From the NCBI GenBank assembly GCA_029786595.1, contig JAFLXO010000003.1:4990-68989 (forward strand): 64,000 nucleotides of DNA, read 5' to 3'. The stretch comes from Nitrososphaerota archaeon. GTDB lineage: Archaea; Thermoproteota; Nitrososphaeria; Conexivisphaerales; UBA164. Shown piece after piece: positions 42,784 to 52,609 of the stretch (its first letter is position 1; every line of letters starts with the position of its first letter). A program made the translations under genes and the position numbers. The notes under the pieces are model-generated. The model saw only the letters and a list, made by a program, of their open reading frames with translations. It was not told where the DNA came from and did not search any database.

Positions 42784-43794
42784 TTAGGCAGTTTCTCGTT
42801 TAGCCCGCTTTTGGACGAAGTAGTCTTTATATTCGTTCTCTATCTTGTCTGCGACCTCGTCTGACTTGTCGAACATCTTCAGCCGGCGATACCATTCTGC
42901 TATGAGCACCCGACCCCACTGCACCAGCAACGGCTGCTTGATCAGGTCCAGCATGCGGATCGCACTTGTTACCCGCTCAGCCTGATCAGCTCCTGGCTTC
43001 ACACAATGGAGGTTTATGTTGTTGACTGTTTTCAGATCGCTCTGGAGGCGGTAATACGAGTCTGGTCCTAAAGGTATGGGTTTGTAATGGTCATAGACGT
43101 TATCTGACGGCAACTGATCCAAGATTGCCCGGACCATCTTTACATCAGATTCATACAGATGTAACGAGTTGGTGATATGGGTGTATGACCCGAGCCCGAC
43201 TCCAAGGTCTGCCGCGAACACTTGCTGATAGAACTGGAAGGTGAAGGTGTCAAGACATAACCCTATCCTGGCGTCATTAGAGCGCATATTGGTTATGGCG
43301 TGCAGTTTGTCGTCTCGTATCAGGTATGACAGGCTTATCGTGCACGCGATGTCTGGTGACTCATATACTTCCTGGATCGGGTTGTGTATTATGGCGACGG
43401 CGCGCCTGGTGTCCTTCTGGTCACGCAGGGTGTCATATATCCTGTGAAACTGGTGCAGCCCTGTTATTTTCAGGCGGTCGTAATAATACCCATAATAGGT
43501 CCCGGTCACCGGGTTTATGAAACGTTCTACTTGTTTGTTATACGCGATCCCTGTAGGCTTCGAGTTAAACAGGAAATCAAGCGTCTCTGCCATGCCGAAG
43601 GGGAGCGGGAGATCTCTGCCCGGGGGGTTAATATAATTCTCCCTTGGGTTCCTGAACGTAAGCACGGCCGGATAAAATTCCTTAGTGTTCATTTCACGGG
43701 GCGATGCCGGCAACCCGAATTCAAGCAGGTCCCTGACTATATTGGGCCATTCACGCGCCGAGCTTTCTCCTTCTTTTTGGTACATGCACACCAC
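42784..43794 (-). CDS. thymidylate synthase (ThyA)-fold pyrimidine C5 methylase/hydroxymethylase, possibly dCMP-specific
   Basis: ThyA landmarks are in order: DTRRAVAIIHN (RR phosphate clamp), IACTISL (catalytic Cys), NMRSNDARIGLCLDTF (QRSxDxxLGxPFN equivalent) and SLHLY. The Asn of PFN aligns with Asp. Confidence 0.7.
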   Translation of the reverse strand: MVCMYQKEGESSAREWPNIVRDLLEFGLPASPREMNTKEFYPAVLTFRNPRENYINPPGRDLPLPFGMAETLDFLFNSKPTGIAYNKQVERFINPVTGTYYGYYYDRLKITGLHQFHRIYDTLRDQKDTRRAVAIIHNPIQEVYESPDIACTISLSYLIRDDKLHAITNMRSNDARIGLCLDTFTFQFYQQVFAADLGVGLGSYTHITNSLHLYESDVKMVRAILDQLPSDNVYDHYKPIPLGPDSYYRLQSDLKTVNNINLHCVKPGADQAERVTSAIRMLDLIKQPLLVQWGRVLIAEWYRRLKMFDKSDEVADKIENEYKDYFVQKRAKRETA

Positions 43795-43951
43795 CTCTTA
43801 TTCAGATTCAGAGCCTGGGTTCACATCAGACTCTGTTTTAACCGGTAGATTGATTATGCCAGTCTGTCCATAGATATGCTGTTTCACTGAAGATGACCTG
43901 ATACCACCCTATTTAAACTGGTTTCTATGAAGCCTGGGCCTGGAGAGGGTG

Positions 43952-44341
43952 TCACTCCTCAACAGCATTACGCCCTGTTTTGTTGACGATTGTTATCACT
44001 TCGTTTACTGCTCCGACAGCCGCCTTAGCTGCCGCCTTGCTCTGCGACGCCCCGACGGTTGTTTCTGATTTAGCCTCTGGGTGTTCAAGGTTGTTCCTCA
44101 GATGCCTGAGGGCATTGACGTTATCACTGAACGTTATTCCTTTGGCCGCCAGCCTTGAAGTCAAAACCATCCGTTCTTGCGACCTTTCGTCTTCACTGAT
44201 TTCCACACTGCAGCCGAACCGTTCACAGAGACGTATTATCAGCAATTGGACGAGCAAATCAGCCTCTAAGACCACAGCATCGTAGAACCCTTGTTTATAT
44301 AGGGCTCTTATTTCGTCAATCTTGTCATTAATCTCTGGCAT
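43952..44341 (-). CDS. HEPN-like (DUF4145-type) helical protein
   Basis: 129 aa and all-helical in appearance. It carries an R-x4-H motif in LRHLRNNLEHPE, preceded by AAKGITFSDNVNAL. Confidence 0.45.
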   Translation of the reverse strand: MPEINDKIDEIRALYKQGFYDAVVLEADLLVQLLIIRLCERFGCSVEISEDERSQERMVLTSRLAAKGITFSDNVNALRHLRNNLEHPEAKSETTVGASQSKAAAKAAVGAVNEVITIVNKTGRNAVEE

Positions 44342-44549
44342 TCATATGCCCCTCCTTTTTACCAATCCAACGCAGAAGGCCCAGGTGTCTTAGCCCTGGG
44401 ATGAATGTGCCGCACCCGATAAATAAGCCTTAAATACGTCGGTCGGAGAAAGATGGAAGCCCGCGGCTTCGGCCGTGAGAGGATGTCATTTTCAATGCGT
44501 TATGCGAGGTACGAAACCAATAGGAAGCCGTTCCAAATTCCTATACGGT

Positions 44550-45128
44550 CTAATTTAATGCCAACCCGACCAGTATTATCTTTTTAGCGGCATCTGGGAA
44601 CGTCATTATTTTCTTATCGGTGGTAAACGAGCTAAAATCTGACCATGAGCTAAAAGTCCGGTTTGCCGTACTGCTCCCTCCCATGGACAGTTCAGACGGG
44701 GTCATGAACCGGATACCGTCATGCGGCTCCCACCATGGCGACAGCAATGTAAGGCCTAAGCTCTTTATATCGCTCACTATTTTTGGAGGATAGAACCTTA
44801 GGTTAAGCATGAACATGTCAACTGTGCCTTCCTTTGAGATGAAATGGTTTCCTCCGCCGAACCAGAACTTGCAGAACTTGTTGAAACGGGCTGTATCAGA
44901 TTTATCTGGGACTAACACTTCTCCAAACGTATCTCCAGAACTAATCTCGGACTGCCGGTTTGTGGTGCTTAGGGTCACAAACAGCCCGTTTTCAACGTTG
45001 CACATGATGTAGAACAGCTCGTTGCCGTCAAACGCCTCTTCATACACTTTGACGAACTTGTGCTTCTTAAGGTCTCGTATGTATTCTAGCGCGTCCCCTC
45101 TAAGGTTAAGGCCAAGGTTGGTCACCAT
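44550..45128 (-). CDS. hypothetical protein
   Basis: 192-aa ORF. Confidence 0.55.
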   Translation of the reverse strand: MVTNLGLNLRGDALEYIRDLKKHKFVKVYEEAFDGNELFYIMCNVENGLFVTLSTTNRQSEISSGDTFGEVLVPDKSDTARFNKFCKFWFGGGNHFISKEGTVDMFMLNLRFYPPKIVSDIKSLGLTLLSPWWEPHDGIRFMTPSELSMGGSSTANRTFSSWSDFSSFTTDKKIMTFPDAAKKIILVGLALN

Positions 45129-45345
45129 AGGCAGCGTCCCATGATGGATAGATAAGCGGCAAAAGGGTCAGACCTCTGATCTTGGGATTCTTTCATATTT
45201 CCACCTCTTATACACCGGGTAAACGGCATGCCTTGAAGTGCGACTTGACCGTCGAATAACCTGAAATCTAGATAAAGGTGGAAAGCCGGTCTGGTGATTT
45301 ATCTGGTAGGGTTCTGACCCGTCAATCTGGTTGTGCTTATTGGTT

Positions 45346-46980
45346 TCATACCAGCCCGGCTTGCTGCTGTTGCTTCTTAAGTAGATCTTGGAGAACGAGT
45401 TTGCCCGCTTCTTCTGGCCTGATGGCGAACATATAGACCCCTTTGTTATTGAACTTCATAATCTGCTCTTTCAAAGAACTCCTGCTGGGGTCTTCGGTGA
45501 CCAGACTTATGACCACCCGGTTTTGTTTTGCCAGGCTGAATATCTGGGTACTCGCTTGTTCTGCTTCACTCACGGACCCGTCAGTGATTATGAGGATGAA
45601 AGATTCTGCCGGGGTTAGTTTTTCGACCTCATTTAACGCAGAAGTGATGACCGTGTTACCGCCGGTCTTGCTCCTGAGCTCAGAGATGTGTGCAAGCGTT
45701 GAGATAGCCCGGGACCCGACCCCCACCCAGTCCTTCGAATTCTTTTCAGTGGTCGCCGCGCGGCTCCCGAAGTAAATCAAAGACGCTGGGATTCTGTTCT
45801 TTTTGGCGTATGCGAGGCTCCTTACCGCCGTTATCGTCTCCCAGTAAAGGATCGACCTGTCTTTGAAGAAGGTGTCTGTAGAAGTCGACACGTCGATGAC
45901 CGCTATGAACGATTTGAACCCGAACGACTGGTTCTCCTGTTTGATATACCTGAAGACGCTTGTGTACTTCTTCTTCCACTTGGTGGGCTCGTACCTGTTT
46001 TGCGCGACACTGATTGGGTTTAGCCTGGAGACGTCTCCGCCGAGCCACCGTTTGTTAAGCTTCTGGTATATCGGCATCTGTGAACTGGAGCCTTCCAGGA
46101 TGTTGAACGGGAGTATCGAGTCCCATATGAGCTGCCTGGTCATATCCTTGGATATGTCTGCGATGGCGTCGTCTGCGTTGATATCGTTGTTATTGAGCAA
46201 GTCTTTGATCTGGTCGGCGCTAAGGCCTGCCTGTATCCCGATCCCTGCCACGGCGCTACCCTGAGATGTGGGAGTTGCCTGGCCTCTGCCGCTTCCACAC
46301 GCCCCTTCCTGAGACCCTGACTGTATTAAGGAATTGAGGTTCTTAGCAGCATCGACGATCAAATCGATGTTTTTTTCGACCTTGCAGGCTTCTTGCTCCT
46401 TTATGAGCCTGTAGACGTCACTGACAAGGGTCCTAAATGCTGGAGAGGACCTGATACTGCCATCCATATACGTCTTAGGTACCTTTACCCCCATTGTTTC
46501 GGAATAGACCATCTGCAATATATGGAACCCTGAACCTGGCGTGATTTTGCCGTTCTTGACGATCCAGTCTTCCTGTGCGCTACGCATGGCGAACCCTTTG
46601 CTGTCGAGGACACTGTCAATGACGGCGTCTGCGATGATGTTCTCCAGTTCATGGGCTTTGCCGTTCGGCACCCTCAGCTCTGCCATGATCCTGGCCTCGA
46701 TGCGCTTGCCTTCTAAGAAAGAGCTAGGCAGCCCATCTATCGACATGTGCTCGTGCTCATGGCCCATATGTGCCCGTAGGTGCTCGGGTTTGAAGCTGTT
46801 CCAGGTCGGTGGGATGTAGATGGTCATATCAGCATACGACGATGAGAACGTGGTCGCCGTCCTGTCTAATTTTACTGTGACGCCCTGAGGTGGAGGAGGG
46901 AATAAATTCCTCCTTACCTCTAGAGCTACATCAATCAATTCCTTAGGCGCTGGTTCTGGTTTTTGAGCCTGTGTGCGCAT
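45346..46980 (-). CDS. VWA-domain protein with N-terminal zincin-like (HExxH) domain, MoxR partner
   Basis: 544 aa. The N-terminus has HMGHEHEHMS (HExxH). The C-terminal VWA-like region has IAVIDVSTSTD (a degenerate DxSxS MIDAS). It lies immediately downstream of the MoxR-like ATPase. Confidence 0.6.
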   Translation of the reverse strand: MRTQAQKPEPAPKELIDVALEVRRNLFPPPPQGVTVKLDRTATTFSSSYADMTIYIPPTWNSFKPEHLRAHMGHEHEHMSIDGLPSSFLEGKRIEARIMAELRVPNGKAHELENIIADAVIDSVLDSKGFAMRSAQEDWIVKNGKITPGSGFHILQMVYSETMGVKVPKTYMDGSIRSSPAFRTLVSDVYRLIKEQEACKVEKNIDLIVDAAKNLNSLIQSGSQEGACGSGRGQATPTSQGSAVAGIGIQAGLSADQIKDLLNNNDINADDAIADISKDMTRQLIWDSILPFNILEGSSSQMPIYQKLNKRWLGGDVSRLNPISVAQNRYEPTKWKKKYTSVFRYIKQENQSFGFKSFIAVIDVSTSTDTFFKDRSILYWETITAVRSLAYAKKNRIPASLIYFGSRAATTEKNSKDWVGVGSRAISTLAHISELRSKTGGNTVITSALNEVEKLTPAESFILIITDGSVSEAEQASTQIFSLAKQNRVVISLVTEDPSRSSLKEQIMKFNNKGVYMFAIRPEEAGKLVLQDLLKKQQQQAGLV

Positions 46981-46986
46981 TATTTG

Positions 46987-48594
46987 CTACCTCCCTGCGG
47001 TCTTGTCGGTTAACGCTGATATGGCACCTGAAAAGTCAATCTGTGGGTTGATCTGGTCCAGGACCGTCATGTCGCCTTTCTTCCTGGCCGTCTCTTTTAT
47101 CATGTCGATGGCCTCGTCCAGAATAGACCTGATTATGAGCTGGTCGATATATTGGTTCCGGAGTTTCATGGCCTCGCCGATGTCTTTGGTGACCCAGACG
47201 TTTCTGATCGTCTTGAAGTCCTTGGTGAGCAATTTCGCCTGCTCCACGTATTCCTTAACAAGCGCAGCGGTTGCCTTATATTGGTCACCGTATTTTATGA
47301 GGAAATCGGTGCTGTTCCAGAGCACCCTGTGGCTCAGAGACATGATTAGAGCTGGCTCTAGTTCGGGTGTCGACGCGACCTGCCGCTTGTTGATTAGCGC
47401 CAAGATCTTCAGAGCCTCAGTGGCGACTATTATAGGCCTTACCTTTGTGATGTTGCCCTTTGAGCATGGGAACGACTTATACGCGCATAAGTCGCAGTCC
47501 TTTGTCACCATGAACGGGTCGAACGACTCCATGATCCGGTTCTGCTTGGTGGGGGTATAATAGCATCGCGACAGATGTGACACCAGCCCTATAAGGAACG
47601 TCTCGAGGCCGTCGTCGATTTTGACCGTCTTGACAGCCTGCCTTGCCTTGTAGATGATTTCGATCGGCACTGGTTTGATGTTCCCCTTGAGCCGCTCTAA
47701 CTTTTGTATGATTTCCTTAATCTCTTGCACTGAAGGCGCGGCTGCCATGGTCGAAAACGCGTATCTGTCGAACGTGGCGGCGTCTGTCAGCGCGACGTTG
47801 CTCTGGAAGTGTTCGTTTAATGGGTTCGTCGCAAGTATGATGGTGAGCGGCTTGTACTCGACGCGCCCGATGGCGGTATCGTAATACCCCTCATTGAGTA
47901 TCCTGTGGATTTGCGCCAGGAGCATTGGGCCCTTGAACGCTTCGTCCAGGATTGCCAGATCAGCGCCTAGCATCCTGCCCTTCTTCTCTACATGAGGTGG
48001 TTTGCGGCCTAACATTATCGGATGGTCTATTACGGTCCCGAGTATGTCCTGTGGCTCATCCAGGTTGGTCAGGGTCTTGATATAGACAGTTATGGGGACG
48101 TCCTTTACAGGCCCCAGGCTGGCCGATTTGGGGTGTTTTAGAACATCTATTTCTACTTTGACCCCGAGTATGGTCCCAAATTCGGTGTAGTTGACATCCA
48201 CCCCGTCGACCAGGTTCTTGCTCAGCGCGTCAGCGTCCACACCGATCTTAGCTGCGATTTCACCGACGTATTTCAGCAGCTCCCTCTCTGGTATGTAACC
48301 GGACGCTTCAGCCTTTGTGGTGAAATCCTTTTCCAGAGTAACCACAGGCTTGTTGAATAAAGAGCCTATGAACTCTGCTATCGAGGTCTTGAAAACCCCT
48401 GGCGGGCCCTGAATAAGGACCGGTTTCCCGGCCAGGGTCCCCACCAAGATTGTGTTGGCCATCTGCCATTGCGAATACCCCCGATACACGTTGGTGATGA
48501 TACTGAATATCTGGTTCAGCATCACAGAAGTTTGTTCGAACTCCGTGATCTGCTGTGTCGCTTCTGTAGTAGTTACCATTTTCTTACCTCCCAA
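46987..48594 (-). CDS. MoxR-like AAA+ ATPase
   Basis: Walker A is LIQGPPGVFKTSIAE, Walker B is LAILDEAFKG and sensor-1-like is IILATNPLNE, followed by a long helical C-terminal extension. Confidence 0.7.
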   Translation of the reverse strand: MGGKKMVTTTEATQQITEFEQTSVMLNQIFSIITNVYRGYSQWQMANTILVGTLAGKPVLIQGPPGVFKTSIAEFIGSLFNKPVVTLEKDFTTKAEASGYIPERELLKYVGEIAAKIGVDADALSKNLVDGVDVNYTEFGTILGVKVEIDVLKHPKSASLGPVKDVPITVYIKTLTNLDEPQDILGTVIDHPIMLGRKPPHVEKKGRMLGADLAILDEAFKGPMLLAQIHRILNEGYYDTAIGRVEYKPLTIILATNPLNEHFQSNVALTDAATFDRYAFSTMAAAPSVQEIKEIIQKLERLKGNIKPVPIEIIYKARQAVKTVKIDDGLETFLIGLVSHLSRCYYTPTKQNRIMESFDPFMVTKDCDLCAYKSFPCSKGNITKVRPIIVATEALKILALINKRQVASTPELEPALIMSLSHRVLWNSTDFLIKYGDQYKATAALVKEYVEQAKLLTKDFKTIRNVWVTKDIGEAMKLRNQYIDQLIIRSILDEAIDMIKETARKKGDMTVLDQINPQIDFSGAISALTDKTAGR

Positions 48595-49135
48595 ATCCCC
48601 ATGACAATCGTCTGACTAACGGCACTGTGTCACTGAGCGTATTTATCAGCGTGATGTTAGACGATTCTGCGGTCTGATTCCATGGCTGTTTCCTTAGTAG
48701 CAAAGGCACTCCGAGGCTGCCTACTCTAGGATCTGCGTCTATGACGACGGTTGTGTTGTGTGGCAGGGCGACCCGGTCTCCGGAACCAATGACAACCGGT
48801 TCAAATTTGTCATAAGGTAACTTCATAAACCTTAGCCACTTCTCTATCCGCTCTACCGTCTGCGTGTCGCCTGACGCCTTGACGGACACCTGACCTAGAT
48901 TACCGAGGTCGTTGAGCGCCTGAATCGTACCACGCAGGCCGTCGACCGTCTTTATTGCGGTGTAATCGACCCAGACCTTTGAAGCGACCGATGGCGTTAT
49001 GGGGTATTTCGTGTTTAGTTCATATGGATCGAACGACTCGAGAGTTTTGTTCTGGTTATAAGTCGTGTTATAAGCCTCTAGAAGCCTGTCAGCTGTCCTG
49101 GCTATCACGTTCTCTGCTTCAATTGTTACCTTCAT
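48584..49135 (-). CDS. hypothetical protein
   Basis: 183-aa ORF that overlaps both neighbours. Confidence 0.55.
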   Translation of the reverse strand: MKVTIEAENVIARTADRLLEAYNTTYNQNKTLESFDPYELNTKYPITPSVASKVWVDYTAIKTVDGLRGTIQALNDLGNLGQVSVKASGDTQTVERIEKWLRFMKLPYDKFEPVVIGSGDRVALPHNTTVVIDADPRVGSLGVPLLLRKQPWNQTAESSNITLINTLSDTVPLVRRLSWGFGR

Positions 49136-49884
49136 TGTGCCTCACTCTCGATCTTCTTAGTTAGCGCGCTGACCTCTGCTGGATCTGTGTAGAACCCATA
49201 TGACAGCCCGGCCTGGGCGACTACGTTCTTTAGGTAGTAATAATACCACACCCCGAGAGCCTCGGTCGAGTGGTTTGCGCATTTATCATAGCTGGTTTCC
49301 CAGTCTGGGCCAAAAGCTCCTGCAAGGTAGTAAATGTCTTTCCTGTAATATCCTAGCGCTGAAATGACGTGTTTGCAGAGTCCGAACCTGCGCTTGGCGT
49401 TGTCGTCCTTTCCGTTATATTCTGGGCAGTTGGTGGCGTAGATTTTGTTTTTAAGGTCGAGCGTGACGAGATATGTCGTGGCGCCTTTGACGATGAAATA
49501 TGCGGCCATGTCCTGGGCCGCCACATATGACGGCTCTCGGTCGAGGGCCCTGAGGATGCGCTGCCAGTTAGATACCGTGTTAGTCCGGCTCCTCATAACG
49601 CCAGCAGGCAGCATCGCTGACATTTTTGACCCAGTCAACGAGGTAGACACCCATTTGTCTGTGGCAAAGACGTAGACCATCTCAGCCTCGTCCATGGCTC
49701 TGTAGAGTTTGATGTTCGGTTTTGTAAACCTTCCAGTCTGGATTGCATGCGCAAGTTCGGCTATCGTCTTTGGTGCCGTATAGTCAGCGATTGGGAGGGT
49801 GAAGGTACTTCTGCTTCCAACCTCAACCGTCTCATCGGTGGTGAGTTTTAGGAGCTCACTAAGCCTGTCAGCTATTGAATCCAT
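49132..49884 (-). CDS. hypothetical protein with degenerate SWIM-like Cys/His motif
   Basis: 250 aa. TNCPEYNGKDDNAKRRFGLCKHVISAL resembles CxCxnCxH but lacks the first Cys. Confidence 0.5.
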   Translation of the reverse strand: MDSIADRLSELLKLTTDETVEVGSRSTFTLPIADYTAPKTIAELAHAIQTGRFTKPNIKLYRAMDEAEMVYVFATDKWVSTSLTGSKMSAMLPAGVMRSRTNTVSNWQRILRALDREPSYVAAQDMAAYFIVKGATTYLVTLDLKNKIYATNCPEYNGKDDNAKRRFGLCKHVISALGYYRKDIYYLAGAFGPDWETSYDKCANHSTEALGVWYYYYLKNVVAQAGLSYGFYTDPAEVSALTKKIESEAQ

Positions 49885-49902
49885 CCTCCCATACCGCCTC
49901 CT

Positions 49903-51048
49903 CTACTCTATTATCGTGGTGAACAACGTCCCCTTAAGCTCTGCTACGGCCACCTGGATGTTCTGCGAAGAGTCTTCAGTGGGTGTGAGCCCGCAAGACG
50001 CCGCCAGCCTCTTGGTGGCTGCCAGCAGTTGTGTGTTGTCCTTACTCAACATGGCCTGGAGGGTCGAATCCACCATCTCAGCCGTCGAGTAAACCCTCTC
50101 TAGGCCCAATGCCCTGGAGAGATCCTTGAGCTGGGCTACCTTCCGTGCGGTGGTCTTAGTGGCCATCGTCGTCCCACCGCTCTGGAGGAGCTCGGCCAGT
50201 CTTAGGACCAGGGGCTCGAGCCGGTTCCTTAGGTTGTTCTCAATCTGTGATACCATCTTGTCGCGCCGGGTGTTTATGTCGTTCTCCATCTTTGTAAGTA
50301 ACTCTTGCTTCCTGACGTCGATGTCAGTCATCATTTTTTGTTTCTTCTCGTCTACAAACTTGAGAAGAGACTCGTCAAAGACGCCGGGGCGCATCAGGCT
50401 GAACCTGATGTCTGGATAGGTCATATGCCTCTTTATCTTGGTGGGATCTGCGATCTTGTTCGTTGTGAGGAAGTCGACGATGCTGGCGAAATCAGAGCTG
50501 TCCTCAAACGCCTTTATTTCAGACCTGATGACGCCTTCTACTATGTCTTTATTGATCTTGTCGATTGCCCCATACGCGTCAAGCAGCATGTCCTTATGGA
50601 TGAGCCTCACAGACGTCTTGACGTCCTTTTTGTTGATGTTCTTGATGGTGGTGATGGACGTTGTATATGGCTCCAAGGCTGCCCAGGCCTTGGTGCGGAG
50701 GCTCACGATGTGATTGATTGTGGACCCGGGATATGGGACGAACCGCATCACCCGCTTCCGGTCCTCGACCACCCCTTCTTTGGTCTGGTAGACCATCTTC
50801 GTCATCTCTATGGTGATCCTCTTCCCTCCGCCCCTGCGTGCATGCAATGCGTACTTGTCGTCTATCGTCGCCAGGAGGTCTTCCAGCCGTGCTAGCACCT
50901 CGGGCTGCGACTCTAGATGGGATACGTCGAATATGTAATTGAGTGTTGTGATGTCAGTTATATCCAGGTCAGGTATATACAGTTCCAGTGGGATCAGTTT
51001 GGACTTAAGCGCCAACTGTTGTGTCAATGGTCTTTGCCTCCGTTTCAC
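49903..51048 (-). CDS. hypothetical helical protein
   Basis: 381-aa ORF. Confidence 0.6.
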   Translation of the reverse strand: MKRRQRPLTQQLALKSKLIPLELYIPDLDITDITTLNYIFDVSHLESQPEVLARLEDLLATIDDKYALHARRGGGKRITIEMTKMVYQTKEGVVEDRKRVMRFVPYPGSTINHIVSLRTKAWAALEPYTTSITTIKNINKKDVKTSVRLIHKDMLLDAYGAIDKINKDIVEGVIRSEIKAFEDSSDFASIVDFLTTNKIADPTKIKRHMTYPDIRFSLMRPGVFDESLLKFVDEKKQKMMTDIDVRKQELLTKMENDINTRRDKMVSQIENNLRNRLEPLVLRLAELLQSGGTTMATKTTARKVAQLKDLSRALGLERVYSTAEMVDSTLQAMLSKDNTQLLAATKRLAASCGLTPTEDSSQNIQVAVAELKGTLFTTIIE

Positions 51049-52606
51049 CCTTCTCAGCTACAGGCCCTGTTGGGACCTGGGGGGATGAAGCATCTCTGGG
51101 GTCCGTATCCTTTGATGCTGTCATCCTTTCAGTTATGCTCTTCTTTATAGACGCGGCCTTTTCAGGGACCACCTCTTCGAGCATCTTGAAGAGCGGGGTA
51201 TCGAACACCGGGTATTCGACAGTCCCAGCGAACATGCGTGGCTGGTCCTTCTTCCTGACTTCAAGCCTGGCCCCCTTATCAGTGTACTGGCTTATACCGA
51301 TGGTAAACCCGTCGGTCTCAACCATCGTCTTGAGCTCGTCTACTGAAAGATATGGGTCTATTCTTGCTGTCACTCTCCCGGCAGATGACGCCGAATAAAG
51401 CGCTTCAGCTACCCGGAGGACTGAGCATATGTCGCTGAAGCTTGAGACCGGACTAGTGGTATCAGAATGCGACGACACATTAGAGGTATCCTTTGAAGTT
51501 ACCACAGTAAGTGGAGCTTCAGTGGCTGGAGTAGGCAGGGTTGGTGCAGCTGCCATCTCAACCGGCTGGGGTGTTGGTGCTACGTCCTTTATCATCGGCA
51601 CATATTTTGGTATGTTGTAATCCCACTTGGTGATTGTCATGCTGTCGTCGTCTGATATCTTGGTGTGGTAGAGTTCCTCAAGCCTTTGGCGGAGGGTTTC
51701 TTTATTCCCATCTGGGACTTCCATCTTTGCCTCTTCATCCGTGATTTCACTGAATTTCTTTGTTGTTACTTCAGTTATGATGGCCCTGTCCATCAGTTTC
51801 ATATAATGCCGTCTGTCCCAGCTGCAGGTCAGAGTGACGATATCGTTTGGCAGGTACTCTTTCTGGCCGAACCTGATGGTCGCTGTCTTGGTTTTATTGG
51901 CTATAGCGTTCTCAATAGCCGTTGATGGGAACGAATTGAGTATCTTGTCGTCTGGGAGGTTCCCAACGACCTTCTTAGGGTTGTCAAGCAGCGCCTTGGT
52001 CTGGGTATACATTGCAGGCCATAGAGCGTCCTCATAGTTCTTGGTGAATTCCAGGATCATGGACTCAATGCCTGCGTCATTGCCATAAATGATGATTGCC
52101 GGGGCATTTTTGATGACGCCTGCTTGCGCCTTCCAGTAAGCAAACACCTGAGTGATCCAGGTCCATTCAAACTTACCATTGGTTCTGAACTTGCTCTCAA
52201 GGAGGATTGCTGTCCCGTCAAACGTCAGGTTGCCCTCTATGTCATATGAAATGTTGAACGGCGCTGGCACTGATTGTATCTTTGCATACCCTCGCTGATC
52301 CCAATACCCAATCTTCATCCCTGGGACCAGAAAGTCGATATACCCCTTTATCGTCTCATATTTGCTGTGGACTTCTCTAAGTGGGATTGAATATTCCAGA
52401 AGCGCCTCATAGACGGCGTTTTCTAGCTTCTTGCCCTTCTCTTCACTTGAAAAGTTAGGAGGATGGCGCAACTCATATTCAGCCCGGCCCTTCGCCAGCA
52501 CAGAAGCCCCGACCCGGCCCTGCGAAAGAGCCAGATGGGACTGCAAACGGGCATAAACGTCGTCAACAAATTCCTTTATAGACTTGTCATAGGTCATATT
52601 ACTCAA
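51005..52606 (-). CDS. hypothetical protein, possible PD-(D/E)xK nuclease N-domain plus low-complexity linker
   Basis: 533 aa. GYIDFLVPG ... AILLESKF fits D..(D/E)xK spacing. The central segment is Pro/Thr/Ser-rich (APTPQPVEMAAAPTLPTPATEAP). The nuclease call is weak. Confidence 0.55.
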   Translation of the reverse strand: MSNMTYDKSIKEFVDDVYARLQSHLALSQGRVGASVLAKGRAEYELRHPPNFSSEEKGKKLENAVYEALLEYSIPLREVHSKYETIKGYIDFLVPGMKIGYWDQRGYAKIQSVPAPFNISYDIEGNLTFDGTAILLESKFRTNGKFEWTWITQVFAYWKAQAGVIKNAPAIIIYGNDAGIESMILEFTKNYEDALWPAMYTQTKALLDNPKKVVGNLPDDKILNSFPSTAIENAIANKTKTATIRFGQKEYLPNDIVTLTCSWDRRHYMKLMDRAIITEVTTKKFSEITDEEAKMEVPDGNKETLRQRLEELYHTKISDDDSMTITKWDYNIPKYVPMIKDVAPTPQPVEMAAAPTLPTPATEAPLTVVTSKDTSNVSSHSDTTSPVSSFSDICSVLRVAEALYSASSAGRVTARIDPYLSVDELKTMVETDGFTIGISQYTDKGARLEVRKKDQPRMFAGTVEYPVFDTPLFKMLEEVVPEKAASIKKSITERMTASKDTDPRDASSPQVPTGPVAEKGETEAKTIDTTVGA

Positions 52607-52609
52607 TAT

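Noticed and set aside
45129-45345. 24-aa upstream ORF (MKESQDQRSDPFAAYLSIMGRCLW) overlapping the start of 44550..45128
   Set aside because: It is too short to support. The preceding GAGGTG motif may simply be fortuitous.
48584-49135. Possible 5'(3')-deoxyribonucleotidase/HAD-like protein
   Set aside because: Only a vague C-terminal resemblance (..VVIDADP..GVPLLL..PWN). The obligatory N-terminal DxD nucleophile motif is absent.
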